Source: an uncultured Clostridia bacterium
GTDB lineage: Bacteria; Bacillota; Clostridia; Christensenellales; UBA1242
NCBI GenBank assembly: GCA_934747775.1
Contig: CAKVHA010000007.1
Span: 1,437 to 65,436, forward strand
DNA length: 64,000 bases
Direction of reading: 5' to 3'
The notes beneath the pieces were generated by a model. That model made no database searches. It was not told the DNA's origin and worked only from the letters and a program-made list of their open reading frames with translations. Made by a program: the position numbers and the translations under genes. Positions 1 through 11,674 of the stretch are shown here, in pieces (the first letter of the stretch is position 1; each line of letters starts with the position of its first letter).

Positions 1-123
1 AACAACAATCACGCTTTCACCTTCTGACAAACGCAAAACATTTTTTAGATGATTATGTTCTACGTCATCTAAAACAATTTGATTGTTATTAAAATTTTCT
101 TTACTTGCAAAAAATCTTTTCAT
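1..123 (-). CDS. rsmE: 16S rRNA (uracil1498-N3)-methyltransferase RsmE, N-terminal 41 codons only (gene runs off the window start)
   Basis: Reverse-strand translation from the ATG at 123..121 reads MKRFFASKENFNNNQIVLDDVEHNHLKNVLRLSEGESVIVV. This fits the remembered RsmE N-terminus (M.RFF ... HL..VLRL..G). Its position downstream of dnaJ mirrors the Bacillus dnaJ-prmA-rsmE order. Confidence 0.5.
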   Translation of the reverse strand, partial: MKRFFASKENFNNNQIVLDDVEHNHLKNVLRLSEGESVIVV

Positions 124-248
124 ATCTAAATTATATATCAAAACATTTAATTATTCAATTGTATTTTTGTTAATGCTGGAAAAAAATTAAAAAAACACAT
201 TAGCTTTAAATAAACTTTGCTAATGTGCTTATAAATTTGCTTTTTAGA

Positions 249-1055
249 CTACATAACAGTTATATCAGTTTTTGATTTTGGCAAAATATCTACAGACGCT
301 ACTTCTTTTTGAGTTTTTGCTTTTTCTGCAACACGTTGAATTTTACCATATTTATTTGTTGCAACAATCATATTGCGGAAGTTTTTAACCGCGTTTGTAG
401 GCTTTTTTTCGTCTAAATAAGCCAAAATATTTTCGGTTTCTTTTGGATTAGAAACAATATATTTTGAATAAAGAGTTGCAAACAAATCACCATTTTGTTT
501 TAGGTTTTCTTTATTTAAAAAGTATTCCATAGAATTATCTTTTCTAATAAACGCCTGTAATGAAAGTTGCAAATACTTCTTGTTTGACAAAACACAATCA
601 GTTAAAAATGGGTCATTTTTTAAGTTTTTAGCACCACTTAACAATGCTGCTCTTTTTACAATCAATTCAGGTTTTTGTTCTATTGTTTCACAAATAAAGC
701 GGTCAAGAAACTTATCACTAGCTTTCATACTGTTGTAATTAAAATATGGAAAAGCTTCGTTTGTAATGTAATTACATACTACAAGAGCTGTCTGGAAATC
801 TTTTAACACATCACTTGACGCATTTTTTAACACATCAACTGCACCATTTTCTACAATTTCGGTTACAACTTCTGTATCTTTTAGATTGTCTTGGCTTAGC
901 ATAACATTAAAACCTTTCCAACTTCTTGACTTTAAAAACAAGTGTCCACCTATTCTTTCTAAAACAACTTTATTTCCTGATTTACTTTGGCTGCTTTCTA
1001 ATTCTTTTAATCTTCTAAGTAATGTTCTATTTGTATATGTTCTAATATCTGACAT
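249..1055 (-). CDS. hypothetical protein, DUF4116-like repeat motif; paralogue of 1184..1873
   Basis: 268-aa ORF. Blocks EIVENGAVDVLKNASSDVLKD, FPYFNYNSM and DCVLSNKKYLQLSL recur in the neighbouring ORF. The xxaLkyAS..l..D pattern resembles DUF4116 as I remember it. Confidence 0.55.
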   Translation of the reverse strand: MSDIRTYTNRTLLRRLKELESSQSKSGNKVVLERIGGHLFLKSRSWKGFNVMLSQDNLKDTEVVTEIVENGAVDVLKNASSDVLKDFQTALVVCNYITNEAFPYFNYNSMKASDKFLDRFICETIEQKPELIVKRAALLSGAKNLKNDPFLTDCVLSNKKYLQLSLQAFIRKDNSMEYFLNKENLKQNGDLFATLYSKYIVSNPKETENILAYLDEKKPTNAVKNFRNMIVATNKYGKIQRVAEKAKTQKEVASVDILPKSKTDITVM

Positions 1056-1183
1056 AAATTCTCCTTACTATTTTATTTAAATTATTATACCATAAAAAAA
1101 CCTTAAAAGCAATACGTATAGTCAAAAATCCCCATCAATACAAAAAAGCGAACCACTAAGGCTCACTTTTTAAATTTATCAAC

Positions 1184-1873
1184 TTAATTTTTACTTGGAA
1201 CTAAATATGCGGTTTGGCTAATAAGCTTGTACATTTGATATTTATCGTTTTTAGTAACATTTTTGTCGTCATTGGTGTTTAAGTTATTCATAGCGTGTGC
1301 TACTGAAATTGGGTTATCTAGTGCGAAAGTTGAAAAAACATCTTTGTAGTTTTGTTTTGCTGTTTTGTTATTTACAACATCAAGCATAAAACTTTTTTGA
1401 CACATACGGCGCATAGCAACGTTCAAAATGTTGTCGTTTGTTAAAACAAAATCGCAATATCTATCTGCTTCGCGTTCTTTTAAATAACTCATACGTTCCA
1501 AAACAATTGTTGGGTCTGTAAATACTAGCGATATAATGTGTTTTTCTAATGGAACATAAGACTTGTTTGCAATTTCGTTGTAGTCAAAATAAGCGAAAGT
1601 GCGAATGTTTTGGTCTGTAAATTCTTCCATTGTGAAGTAATCGGACAAAATTCCGTGGCTAGCGTATTTTAAAACATTTGGTGCACCTTTACAAACAATA
1701 TCCATTAAAATTTCGCGGTTTGATAGTTGACCTTTTGTAAGATAATAGTAATCGTTGCCCCATTCTGCTGACCCAATATAAACCTTATCATCTTTTTCTT
1801 TTAATTCTACTTCGTGTGTATTTTCTAGGTATTTTCCTAGCAAATAATCACTTTTTGCGTTTGTGTATCTCAT
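1184..1873 (-). CDS. hypothetical protein, DUF4116-like repeat motif; paralogue of 249..1055
   Basis: 229-aa ORF with DIVCKGAPNVLKYASHGILSD, FAYFDYNEI and DFVLTNDNILNVAM, which align to the downstream paralogue. SD AGGAG (rc of ctcct, 1881..1885) lies 7 nt upstream of the ATG. Confidence 0.55.
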   Translation of the reverse strand: MRYTNAKSDYLLGKYLENTHEVELKEKDDKVYIGSAEWGNDYYYLTKGQLSNREILMDIVCKGAPNVLKYASHGILSDYFTMEEFTDQNIRTFAYFDYNEIANKSYVPLEKHIISLVFTDPTIVLERMSYLKEREADRYCDFVLTNDNILNVAMRRMCQKSFMLDVVNNKTAKQNYKDVFSTFALDNPISVAHAMNNLNTNDDKNVTKNDKYQMYKLISQTAYLVPSKN

Positions 1874-1956
1874 AATAATTCTCCTTAGTTAAAGAATAAC
1901 ACACTTAAAAGCAAATTACAATACCAAATTTTAATTTTTTAACCATAATTAACCAC

Positions 1957-1986
1957 AAAAAAAGACCTAAAGCAATTTGCTTTAAG
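1957..1986 (-). terminator. rho-independent terminator after dnaJ
   Basis: Minus strand reads cttaaagca-aat-tgctttagg (9 bp including one G-U) followed by tcttttttt, directly downstream of the dnaJ stop. Confidence 0.6.
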
Positions 1987-2006
1987 CCTTTAAAATTTAT
2001 GGTTTT

Positions 2007-3128
2007 TTATTTAATATTTTTTAAGTCCTTAGTGTAATTTTTGTATCTAGTAAAATTATCATCACCAAGACTATCTTTTAATTTTGTTAGCATTTCCTTA
2101 TCGTCACGCGACAATTTTTTTGGTGTTTCGGCAACAACAGTTACTATTAAATTGCCAACCGCACTAGAATTAAGGTTTTTAATTCCTTTGCCTTTAAGTT
2201 TGAAAATAGTGTTGCTTTGTGTAAGCTCTGGAATTTTTAAAGTTGTTGTTCCCTTAGGAAGTGGAATTTCAACTTCGCCGCCAAGCAATAATGTGTAGAA
2301 TGGAACATAAAGTTTTAAGGTTAAATCGTAGCCGTCACGCACCAAAATTTTGTGAGATGCCACTTTTACAATAATATGCAAATCTCCATTAGCTCCACCG
2401 CGCGAACCAGCATTGCCCTTGCCGCGCATTGTAATAACCTGACCATCATCAATTCCTGCTGGAATATCCACGCTAATTTGGGCATTAACACGCTTTTTGC
2501 CGCTGCCGCTACAATCACTGCACGCTTCTTTAACAATTTTACCTGTGCCATTACAACGTCTACAAGGTCCAGTTCTTACAACTCTGCCAAACAATGTATT
2601 TTCGGCATATCTTGCTGTGCCAGTACCGTTACATTCACTACAAGTTGAAAATTCTGTGCCATTTTTTGCCCCAGTGCCGTTACATTCGCTACAAGGTTCT
2701 ACCCTATTTACATTAAATGTTTTTTTACAGCCAAACACAGCTTCTTCAAAACTTAAACTAATTTGAACTTGAATATCGTCACCACGAAGCCCAGAGCCCA
2801 TATTTCCGCCGCCACCAAAGCCAGAAAACATATTAAAAATGTCGTCCATATTAAAGCTGCCACCAAAGCCGCCTGCTCCGTTTCCAAATCCGCTAAACCC
2901 AGCACCAGCGCCGTCTGCCGAACCAAATTGGTCGTAATTTTTACGCTTTGTTTCGTCACCTAGACACTCGTATGCTTCGTTTACTTCTTTAAACTTATCA
3001 GCCGCTTCGGGATTATCTTTATTAAGGTCAGGGTGATATTTTTTTGCTAGTTTTCTATACGCGCTTTTAATTTCGTCGGCGCTTGCATTTTTATCTACAC
3101 CCAATGTTTCGTAATAATTTTTAGCCAT
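2007..3128 (-). CDS. dnaJ: molecular chaperone DnaJ
   Basis: J-domain with HPD ([13 protein letters not shown]), a G/F-rich linker and four CxxCxGxG zinc motifs (CSECNGTG x2, [16 protein letters not shown]). Follows dnaK. Confidence 0.97.
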   Translation of the reverse strand: MAKNYYETLGVDKNASADEIKSAYRKLAKKYHPDLNKDNPEAADKFKEVNEAYECLGDETKRKNYDQFGSADGAGAGFSGFGNGAGGFGGSFNMDDIFNMFSGFGGGGNMGSGLRGDDIQVQISLSFEEAVFGCKKTFNVNRVEPCSECNGTGAKNGTEFSTCSECNGTGTARYAENTLFGRVVRTGPCRRCNGTGKIVKEACSDCSGSGKKRVNAQISVDIPAGIDDGQVITMRGKGNAGSRGGANGDLHIIVKVASHKILVRDGYDLTLKLYVPFYTLLLGGEVEIPLPKGTTTLKIPELTQSNTIFKLKGKGIKNLNSSAVGNLIVTVVAETPKKLSRDDKEMLTKLKDSLGDDNFTRYKNYTKDLKNIK

Positions 3129-3198
3129 TATTATATCCTTTTAAAATGCTTTAAAGCCGCTAGATATTGTGTTATTGCGGCTTTAAAACTAAAATTTA

Positions 3199-5031
<1,833 letters not shown>

Positions 5032-5101
5032 TTAAAATCTCCTTCTAAACTAATTTTTTTATATTTAATTTGACATTTTTATAAGAAAACATCAATAAAA
5101 A

Positions 5102-5620
5102 TCAATATTTATTAATTTTTACCACACTGTGGCGTATAACTCGGTCGCGTAATTTAAAACCTTGTTGATACTCTTCTAGCACAATTCCTTCGGGTTTTGT
5201 TTCGTCTTTTCCTGTTAGAATTGCGTTGTGGTAATTGGGGTCGAACTCTTTGCCTACAGCATCAATTTTTTCTACCCCAAGTTCGCTAAATGCGGCTAAA
5301 ATGTTGCCTAAAATTAAGTTTAAACCCACCAAAGTTTCTTCGTCTTTAATGTTTGCTTTTGCCTGATTAAAGCTATCTATTGCTGGCAACAACTTTTGCA
5401 CGGTTGAAACCACGCCGTTATTAAAACTAATGCTTGAAATTTCGGCGTTACGGCGTTTGTAGTTTTCAAACTCCGCCTTAATCCTTTGGGCAAGTTCTAG
5501 ATATTCTTGTTCTTTTGAAGCACATTTTTGCTCATTGTTTTTATTGCAATTGCAATTTTCTATGTGTTCGTGGTTCTCGTGATTATGATGTTCACAATTA
5601 CATTTATGTTCTTTTGCCAT
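5102..5620 (-). CDS. grpE: nucleotide exchange factor GrpE (start moved to the ATG at 5620, MAKEHK...)
   Basis: The C-terminal two thirds look like GrpE (coiled coil, then the beta domain ...GFKLRDRVIRHSVVKI). AAGGAG lies 7 nt upstream of the ATG at 5620, whereas the track start at 5638 has no SD. Sits between hrcA and dnaK. Confidence 0.9.
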   Translation of the reverse strand: MAKEHKCNCEHHNHENHEHIENCNCNKNNEQKCASKEQEYLELAQRIKAEFENYKRRNAEISSISFNNGVVSTVQKLLPAIDSFNQAKANIKDEETLVGLNLILGNILAAFSELGVEKIDAVGKEFDPNYHNAILTGKDETKPEGIVLEEYQQGFKLRDRVIRHSVVKINKY

Positions 5621-6674
5621 TATCTTCTCCTTTAACATTATTTATTTCATCTACAACATATTTTAGTGCCGATGCTATTTTTGCATAATCCATTCGCTCT
5701 GGACCTACTACGCCTATGCTTGCGGTTATGCCGCTTGGCATTTTGTAGTTGGCTTTAATTATACTAAAGTCGTTTATGTTTTCGTCTTCGTTTTCGTCGC
5801 CAATTGAAAACACAATTTCACTATCGGTTTGTTCGTCAATTTTGTTAATAATGTCCTTAATTTCGTTTTCGTTTTCAACCACTCGCAAAAATTTCTTTGC
5901 ATTGCTTAGGTCTTGCATTTCGGGATTTTCAAGTAGTTTATCGGTGCTACCCTTTTCAACTTTTAGTGTGCCATTTTCTACAAAACCCACAAGCACATTA
6001 ATAAGCTGGCTAAATAGTTCGTTAAAGTACTTTATTTGATTTTTAAACATTTGATTGTAATAATCAAAATTTTCAATCATATCCGCAACCTTTTTGTTGT
6101 AAAAGTTGTTGGTCAAAAACTTGCTTGCGTCTTTACAATGTTCTTCCGTTACGCCATTTTCTAGGTGGATTGTGTTGTTTATAATGCCTTCGTTGGTTTG
6201 AATTAACACGAGCGCCTGACCAGTGATAAGCGGAATTACATTAATTGCCTTAATCACAAGTTCTTCGTATCCTTTTGCCGAAACAAAAACCGGATATTCT
6301 ACTATTTCGCCAATTTTTTTGGCTAAGCAATCTATGGTGTCTAGCAAAAACGAACTTCGGTCTTCAAATTTTTGCTTTACGCTTTTTAACATCTTTTTAT
6401 CAAAATTTCCGCTACTAATTAAGTTGTCTACAAAGTACCTATACGCCTTTGTTGTGGGAACTCTGCCCGACGATGTGTGCAATTGCTTTAAGTATCCCAA
6501 CTCTTCTAGTGTGGAAAGTTCATTTCGAAGCGTTGCACTCGATAGCGTGCTAAACAAGTTGTTTTGAACTTTTTCGCTCGTTATTGGCAACGCGTTTTCA
6601 ATATAACTTTCTACAGCACCAAGCAAAAGTTGTTTTTTTCGCGGACTTAATTCAAAATCGTTGTTATCCTTCAT
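5604..6674 (-). CDS. hrcA: heat-inducible transcription repressor HrcA
   Basis: N-terminal winged helix (LSPRKKQLLLGAVESYI...PITSEKV...SSATLRNELSTLEELGYL..HTSSGRVPT). First gene of the dnaK operon, with a CIRCE element upstream. Confidence 0.93.
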   Translation of the reverse strand: MKDNNDFELSPRKKQLLLGAVESYIENALPITSEKVQNNLFSTLSSATLRNELSTLEELGYLKQLHTSSGRVPTTKAYRYFVDNLISSGNFDKKMLKSVKQKFEDRSSFLLDTIDCLAKKIGEIVEYPVFVSAKGYEELVIKAINVIPLITGQALVLIQTNEGIINNTIHLENGVTEEHCKDASKFLTNNFYNKKVADMIENFDYYNQMFKNQIKYFNELFSQLINVLVGFVENGTLKVEKGSTDKLLENPEMQDLSNAKKFLRVVENENEIKDIINKIDEQTDSEIVFSIGDENEDENINDFSIIKANYKMPSGITASIGVVGPERMDYAKIASALKYVVDEINNVKGEDNGKRT

Positions 6675-6707
6675 TTTGCCCCTTTTAGCAGTTGTAATTT
6701 ATAATTG

Positions 6708-6734
6708 TTAGCACTCTTTCTTTTAGACTGCTAG
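6708..6734. promoter_or_regulatory. CIRCE operator (HrcA binding site)
   Basis: TTAGCACTC-N9-GACTGCTAG compared with the consensus TTAGCACTC-N9-GAGTGCTAA: left arm 9/9, right arm 7/9. Lies just downstream of the putative -10 of hrcA. Confidence 0.8.
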
Positions 6735-6738
6735 CAAC

Positions 6739-6768
6739 ATTCTAGTACCTATTATATGATGTTGTCAA
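6739..6768 (-). promoter_or_regulatory. sigma-A-type promoter of the hrcA operon
   Basis: Minus strand TTGACA (6768..6763), 18-nt spacer, TAGAAT (6744..6739). CIRCE starts 5 nt downstream. Confidence 0.6.
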
Positions 6769-6811
6769 GTGTTTATGACAAAAATTTTTAAAAATTTTGT
6801 AGAATTTTTTT

Positions 6812-6848
6812 GTGCAAAAAAAAACACCCTAAACAAATAAGGTGTTTT
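6812..6848 (-). terminator. rho-independent terminator after the 165-aa ORF
   Basis: aaaacacc / ggtgtttt 8-bp stem with a 12-nt loop; on the minus strand it is followed by a run of 9 T. Confidence 0.6.
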
Positions 6849-6945
6849 ACTATATAGTATATATGTTATATTACTTTTTCTTTTTTTCCATAACTGGAAC
6901 TTTTAATTTCATTTTAAATCATTCACCACATAAACAATATGTTTA

Positions 6946-7443
6946 TTATTTAACTATTGGTTCGGACTTACTTGCAACAGTTTTTGATTGAGATTGTTGT
7001 TTAATATCGCTAGCAGTGTTTTTATATAACCACTCAAAATAATCATTATCTCGTTTTTCTAATTCTCTATATTGTTTTTTATTTTCTCTAAATTTTGCTA
7101 AATAATTGTTTGAAAGCTTTGTGTTAATATTTCCGCAAACCATACACAAAAATTCACATCCTTCAGCGGCATAAGCATAAAACAAACTAGCTTTATCAAA
7201 ATAAATCTTTTGAGCTTCTTGTTGACCTTTTTCATATCCGCGTTTAAAGTTTTCTATACTAACGCCTGCTTTACAGTTTTTTATTGCTTCTTTGTCAAAC
7301 CAGTCTTCACCTTCTCTTTCGATTTGTTCTGCAATTCTATTACATCTGTTTATCATTTTTTCATTATCTTTAATAAATTTTCTTAATCTAAAAGTTTCTA
7401 TAATTCCCATAATTTTCTCCTGCTTGTTTAGTTTAAAAAACAA
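6946..7443 (-). CDS. hypothetical small helical protein (165 aa)
   Basis: Long ORF with an AGGAGAA SD (rc of 7416..7422; AGGAG core rc of ctcct, 7418..7422). Lys/Glu-rich helical composition. Has its own terminator. Confidence 0.55.
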   Translation of the reverse strand: MFFKLNKQEKIMGIIETFRLRKFIKDNEKMINRCNRIAEQIEREGEDWFDKEAIKNCKAGVSIENFKRGYEKGQQEAQKIYFDKASLFYAYAAEGCEFLCMVCGNINTKLSNNYLAKFRENKKQYRELEKRDNDYFEWLYKNTASDIKQQSQSKTVASKSEPIVK

Positions 7444-7465
7444 GGTAAATAGCCTTGTTTTGTTT

Positions 7466-7843
7466 TTAATATAAAATCTTACCTTCTATTAATTTGTTTA
7501 TTCTTCTAATTTTATCGCAACAAGAAAGATATTTTGTGCGGCATTCTTTGTGATTTTTTTCATCTTCTTTTGTTTGATATCTGCTTGCCAAAATTTGAGC
7601 ATACTTCATTTCAGCATTAACATATCTTGACTGAGCAAGTTTAAAGTAACTCACGCTTAATTTTAGTTCGCCCCCAAGTTTTTTATCCACTGCCCTTTCA
7701 TAGTAAGTGTCACCTTTTTCTTTTTCTTGAATAGCATCTTTACGAAGTTCTTCATTTTCACACTCAGTGCTATATCTTATATTTTTAATTTTTTCTTCGT
7801 TAATTACTGTTTTAACTTTCTTTTTCATAGTATTTTCCACCAT
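7466..7843 (-). CDS. hypothetical small helical protein (125 aa)
   Basis: ORF with a Lys/Glu-rich helical sequence (YFKLAQSRYVNAEMKYAQILASRYQ). No family recognised. Confidence 0.5.
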   Translation of the reverse strand: MVENTMKKKVKTVINEEKIKNIRYSTECENEELRKDAIQEKEKGDTYYERAVDKKLGGELKLSVSYFKLAQSRYVNAEMKYAQILASRYQTKEDEKNHKECRTKYLSCCDKIRRINKLIEGKILY

Positions 7844-8024
7844 TTTTTTTAGAGTTTAACACGAAAAATCTACTCCGTCAAGACTGATTTTAAAATATTT
7901 TTGTACTTTTTTTAATTTTTAATTAACTAACAATTATTTGCAGCAATTTTTGGTGTTTTTTTAAAATAAAAAACCTTAAAAACTTTCTTATCTAAAAATT
8001 AAAAAAGTTTTTAAGGTTACAAAA

Positions 8025-8417
8025 CTATCTAACGTTTGTATTTGTTTTTTTAGCAAACAATTTTCTATTTTCTTTTGCTTCTGCTTTTTTGTCCTGTTTT
8101 TCTTGTTGTATTTTCTGTTTGATATGACCTTGTCTAATAACAGCTTCACCAGCAATATTTAAACAATCAAATGCTGTTTGGTTTTCCTTAAGTTTTACTG
8201 CAATATCTTTTGCTTTAAGGTACTTATAATGTGATTTTACATATAATGGACAAGCTTGTTTATAAAGTTTTTTAATAGTTTTTTTATCACAGTTTGATTC
8301 TTCCAAAGTTATTGCATCGTTTTGCAAATTTGTAGCCATAGAAAAATCATCATAAGCACTATTTATAATTTTTTTCATTTTCCAATTTCTATATTCGTTT
8401 ATCATACTATCCCCCAA
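8025..8417 (-). CDS. hypothetical small helical protein (130 aa)
   Basis: ORF with similar composition to its two neighbours (LYKQACPLYVKSHYKYLKAKDIAVKL). A 12-bp stem terminator lies downstream at about 7969..8015. Confidence 0.5.
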   Translation of the reverse strand: MGDSMINEYRNWKMKKIINSAYDDFSMATNLQNDAITLEESNCDKKTIKKLYKQACPLYVKSHYKYLKAKDIAVKLKENQTAFDCLNIAGEAVIRQGHIKQKIQQEKQDKKAEAKENRKLFAKKTNTNVR

Positions 8418-8474
8418 TATATATAAAGTATAGCAAATTTTAAGCCAAATGTCAAGGATTGTATTAATGACGCT

Positions 8475-9611
8475 TTAATACACCAATTCTAAGATTATTT
8501 TGTTTAACACATTAAAGCCATTATCGGTGAGTTTTAATGTGTCGCCATTTACAGAAATTAGCCCCAATTTTTCAAATTGAGAAATTTTGTTTGCCTTTAA
8601 TAATTTAAGGTCTATATTATAATTCTTTTTAATATAATCAAAACTAATGCCGCTTATGGTTCGAAGTTTTAACATAACATACTCTTCAAATAAATCATTG
8701 TTTGTTTGTGGTTCGCTAAGTTCTATTGCTGAGCCTGTGTCTTTAATAGCCTTAATATATTCGTCTATGCCGCTGTAATTGTAAAAGCGTGTTGTGCCTA
8801 AAAAACTGTGAGCGCCAGCGCCAAAGCCAATATACTCCACCATTTTCCAGCAATTTAGATTGTGGCGACATTCAAAACGCGGTTTTGCAAAATTACTAAC
8901 TTCGTAGCGACAAATGCCATTTTGCTTTAAAAAGTCATTTACATAGTCATACATTTTTAAAACTTTAATTTCTTTAGGTTGTTTAATAATTCCATCGTCC
9001 AACATTTTCTTTATTGGCGTGCCGTCTTCCACTATTAGGCAATAGGCGCTAATGTGTGGAATGTTGCATTTAATTAGCGTGTTAAGTGTTCGTTTTACAT
9101 CGCTTAGTTTTTGTGTAGGAAGCCCAATCATAATATCCGCATTAATGTTGTAAAAGCCATTTTGCTTTAATAAATCAATAGCAGCTAAAAAGTCGCGTTT
9201 TGTGTGAGTGCGGTTTAATAATCTTAAAATACGCTTATTATCCGATTGCAAGCCAACACTAACCCTATTTATGCCTGCGTTTTTCCACTCTAGCACTTTA
9301 TCAAAAGTTATGGTGTTGGGGTTTGCCTCTATGCTGATTTCGCAATTTTTATCCACATTGTAATTAGCTTTAATTGTTTGAATTATGCTTACAATTCCGC
9401 CGCTTAAAAAACTGCTTGGAGTTCCGCCACCAATATAAATTGATGTAACATTATATTCGCTAAGTTTTTGCTTAGAGTTTTGAATTTCTTGTATTAACGC
9501 CTTTAAATAGTCTGGCTGCGAACTTTCGCACCCCACATATGAATTAAAATTACAATAATTGCACTTTGAAAGGCAATATGGAATGTGTACATAAATACCA
9601 AGTTCTTTCAT
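8475..9611 (-). CDS. hemW: radical SAM heme chaperone HemW (HemN-like, oxygen-independent coproporphyrinogen III oxidase family)
   Basis: CLSKCNYCNF radical-SAM cluster motif and a GGGTPS box. 1-nt overlap with the lepA stop; the lepA-hemW synteny is conserved. Confidence 0.9.
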   Translation of the reverse strand: MKELGIYVHIPYCLSKCNYCNFNSYVGCESSQPDYLKALIQEIQNSKQKLSEYNVTSIYIGGGTPSSFLSGGIVSIIQTIKANYNVDKNCEISIEANPNTITFDKVLEWKNAGINRVSVGLQSDNKRILRLLNRTHTKRDFLAAIDLLKQNGFYNINADIMIGLPTQKLSDVKRTLNTLIKCNIPHISAYCLIVEDGTPIKKMLDDGIIKQPKEIKVLKMYDYVNDFLKQNGICRYEVSNFAKPRFECRHNLNCWKMVEYIGFGAGAHSFLGTTRFYNYSGIDEYIKAIKDTGSAIELSEPQTNNDLFEEYVMLKLRTISGISFDYIKKNYNIDLKLLKANKISQFEKLGLISVNGDTLKLTDNGFNVLNKIILELVY

Positions 9612-11410
9612 TAATCCACCTTTAGAATGCTCATAAATGCTTCGCTTGGAATTTCAACCGAGCCTATTTGACGCATACGTTTTTTACCTTTCTTTTGTTT
9701 TTCTAGTAGTTTTTTCTTACGAGTAATATCGCCGCCATAGCATTTGGCCAAAACGTCTTTTCGTAGTGCTTTTATTGTTTCGCGCGCAATAACCTTGTTT
9801 CCAATAGATGCTTGAATAGGAATTTCAAACAACTGACGTGGAATAACTTCTTTTAGTTTTTCCGCAATTGCACGACCGCGCTGATATGCTTTATCCTTAT
9901 GAACAATTAACGACAACGCGTCACAAACTTCGCCATTTAAAAGCATATCTAGTTTTACCAGGTCGCTTTGCTCGTAACCAATAATCTCATAATCTAGGCT
10001 GGCATAACCTTTGCTGCGGCTTTTCAACTGGTCAAAATAGTCAAAAATTATTTCGTTTAGTGGCATTTTGTAAACCAACTGACAGCGGTGAGGGTCAATA
10101 TATTGCAAGTCCAAATGTATGCCACGCTTTTCTTGACTTAAATCCATAAGCGCACCCACATACTCTGGTGGAGTAAAAATGTTAACCTTAACCATTGGCT
10201 CTTCCATATACGAAATACTTTGTGGTTCTGGAAGGTCGCTAGGATTTGAAATTTGCAACACTTCCCCGTTTGTTTTGTGAACTAAATAACTTACTGTTGG
10301 AGCGGTTGTGATTAAATCTAAGTCAAACTCACGCTCTAAGCGTTCTTGAATAATCTCCATATGAAGAAGTCCCAAAAAACCGCAACGGAAGCCAAAGCCT
10401 AGCGCTTGCGAAACTTCTGGCTCATACTCTAGCGAGTAATCGTTTAGTTTTAGCTTTTCAAGTGCGTCTTTTAGGTCGTTATATCGCGAGCCGTCTACGC
10501 AGAATATTCCACTAAACACAACTGGTTGCACTTCTTTGTAGCCTGGAAGCGCTTCGGCTGCTGGGTTGTCGGCGTTTGTAATAGTGTCACCCACTTTGGT
10601 TTCGGACACAGTTTTTATGCTGGCACAAATATATCCAACATCGCCAGCACTAAGCTCGTCGGTTTCTTTAGGATTTGGGCAAAATACGCCAATTTCGGTT
10701 ACATCAAACACCTTGCCTGTGGTGAAAAACTTAATTTTTTCGTTTTTGTGAACCTTGCCGTCAACAATTCTAACAAGACACACAGCGCCTTTAAAGTTGT
10801 CGTAATAACTATCGAAAATTAGGGCTTTAAGCGGAGCGTTTTCGTCCCCCTTAGGTGCAGGAACTTGCTCTACAATTGCTTTTAAAACAGCTTCTATATT
10901 AGTACCTTCTTTTGCACTAACAGCTGGGCACTCGTCGGCAGGAAGCCCAATAATATCTTCAATTTCTTTACGTGTTTCTTCCACATTAGCGCTTGGCAAG
11001 TCTATTTTATTAATAACGGGCAATATCTCCAAGTCGTTTTCTAGTGCCAAATATGTGTTTGCAAGAGTTTGAGCTTCTACACCCTGTGTTGCGTCTACAA
11101 TTAAAATTGCTCCTTCACAAGCGGCAAGCGAGCGCGAAACTTCGTAAGTAAAGTCCACATGACCTGGGGTGTCAATTAGGTTAAGTTCGTACTCTTCGCC
11201 TTTGTATGTGTATTTCATTCGGCTAGGTGTAAGTTTAATTGTTATGCCGCGTTCTTTTTCAATATCCATACTATCTAGCATTTGGTCGGTCATATCACGT
11301 TTTGCAACAGTGCCAGTAAATTCCAAAAGCCTATCCGCTAGCGTGCTTTTGCCGTGGTCAATATGCGCTACAATGCAAAAATTTCTGATGTGAGATTGTC
11401 TATTAGTCAT
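9611..11410 (-). CDS. lepA: translation elongation factor 4 (LepA)
   Basis: GTPase motifs [14 protein letters not shown] and NKID. Typical LepA C-terminus; 599 aa. Confidence 0.97.
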   Translation of the reverse strand: MTNRQSHIRNFCIVAHIDHGKSTLADRLLEFTGTVAKRDMTDQMLDSMDIEKERGITIKLTPSRMKYTYKGEEYELNLIDTPGHVDFTYEVSRSLAACEGAILIVDATQGVEAQTLANTYLALENDLEILPVINKIDLPSANVEETRKEIEDIIGLPADECPAVSAKEGTNIEAVLKAIVEQVPAPKGDENAPLKALIFDSYYDNFKGAVCLVRIVDGKVHKNEKIKFFTTGKVFDVTEIGVFCPNPKETDELSAGDVGYICASIKTVSETKVGDTITNADNPAAEALPGYKEVQPVVFSGIFCVDGSRYNDLKDALEKLKLNDYSLEYEPEVSQALGFGFRCGFLGLLHMEIIQERLEREFDLDLITTAPTVSYLVHKTNGEVLQISNPSDLPEPQSISYMEEPMVKVNIFTPPEYVGALMDLSQEKRGIHLDLQYIDPHRCQLVYKMPLNEIIFDYFDQLKSRSKGYASLDYEIIGYEQSDLVKLDMLLNGEVCDALSLIVHKDKAYQRGRAIAEKLKEVIPRQLFEIPIQASIGNKVIARETIKALRKDVLAKCYGGDITRKKKLLEKQKKGKKRMRQIGSVEIPSEAFMSILKVD

Positions 11411-11674
11411 ATATTACTCCATATTTTATAGGCTTATTATAATATATTGCGGGCTTTAAAGCAACATAAAATAATAAAATATCAACATTACTACGCTTTT
11501 ACAAACTACTTATAGTAATAATTTGGTCGAAAAAACTAAAATACAATTAAAGATTTGGACAATTTTCACAATTTTGGTTAAAATCACTAGTAAAAAAAAT
11601 TTTACTTTGCTATAATATAACATCTAAAAAGAAAAATTGTATTCAAACCATTTGTTTGAATTTTAAGGATATAT

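Noticed and set aside
6685-6716. A possible second CIRCE half-site (TTAGCAGTT-N9-AATTGTTAG) overlapping the real one.
   Set aside because: Only 6/9 of the arms are complementary and the match to the consensus is poor. The element at 6708..6734 explains the region.
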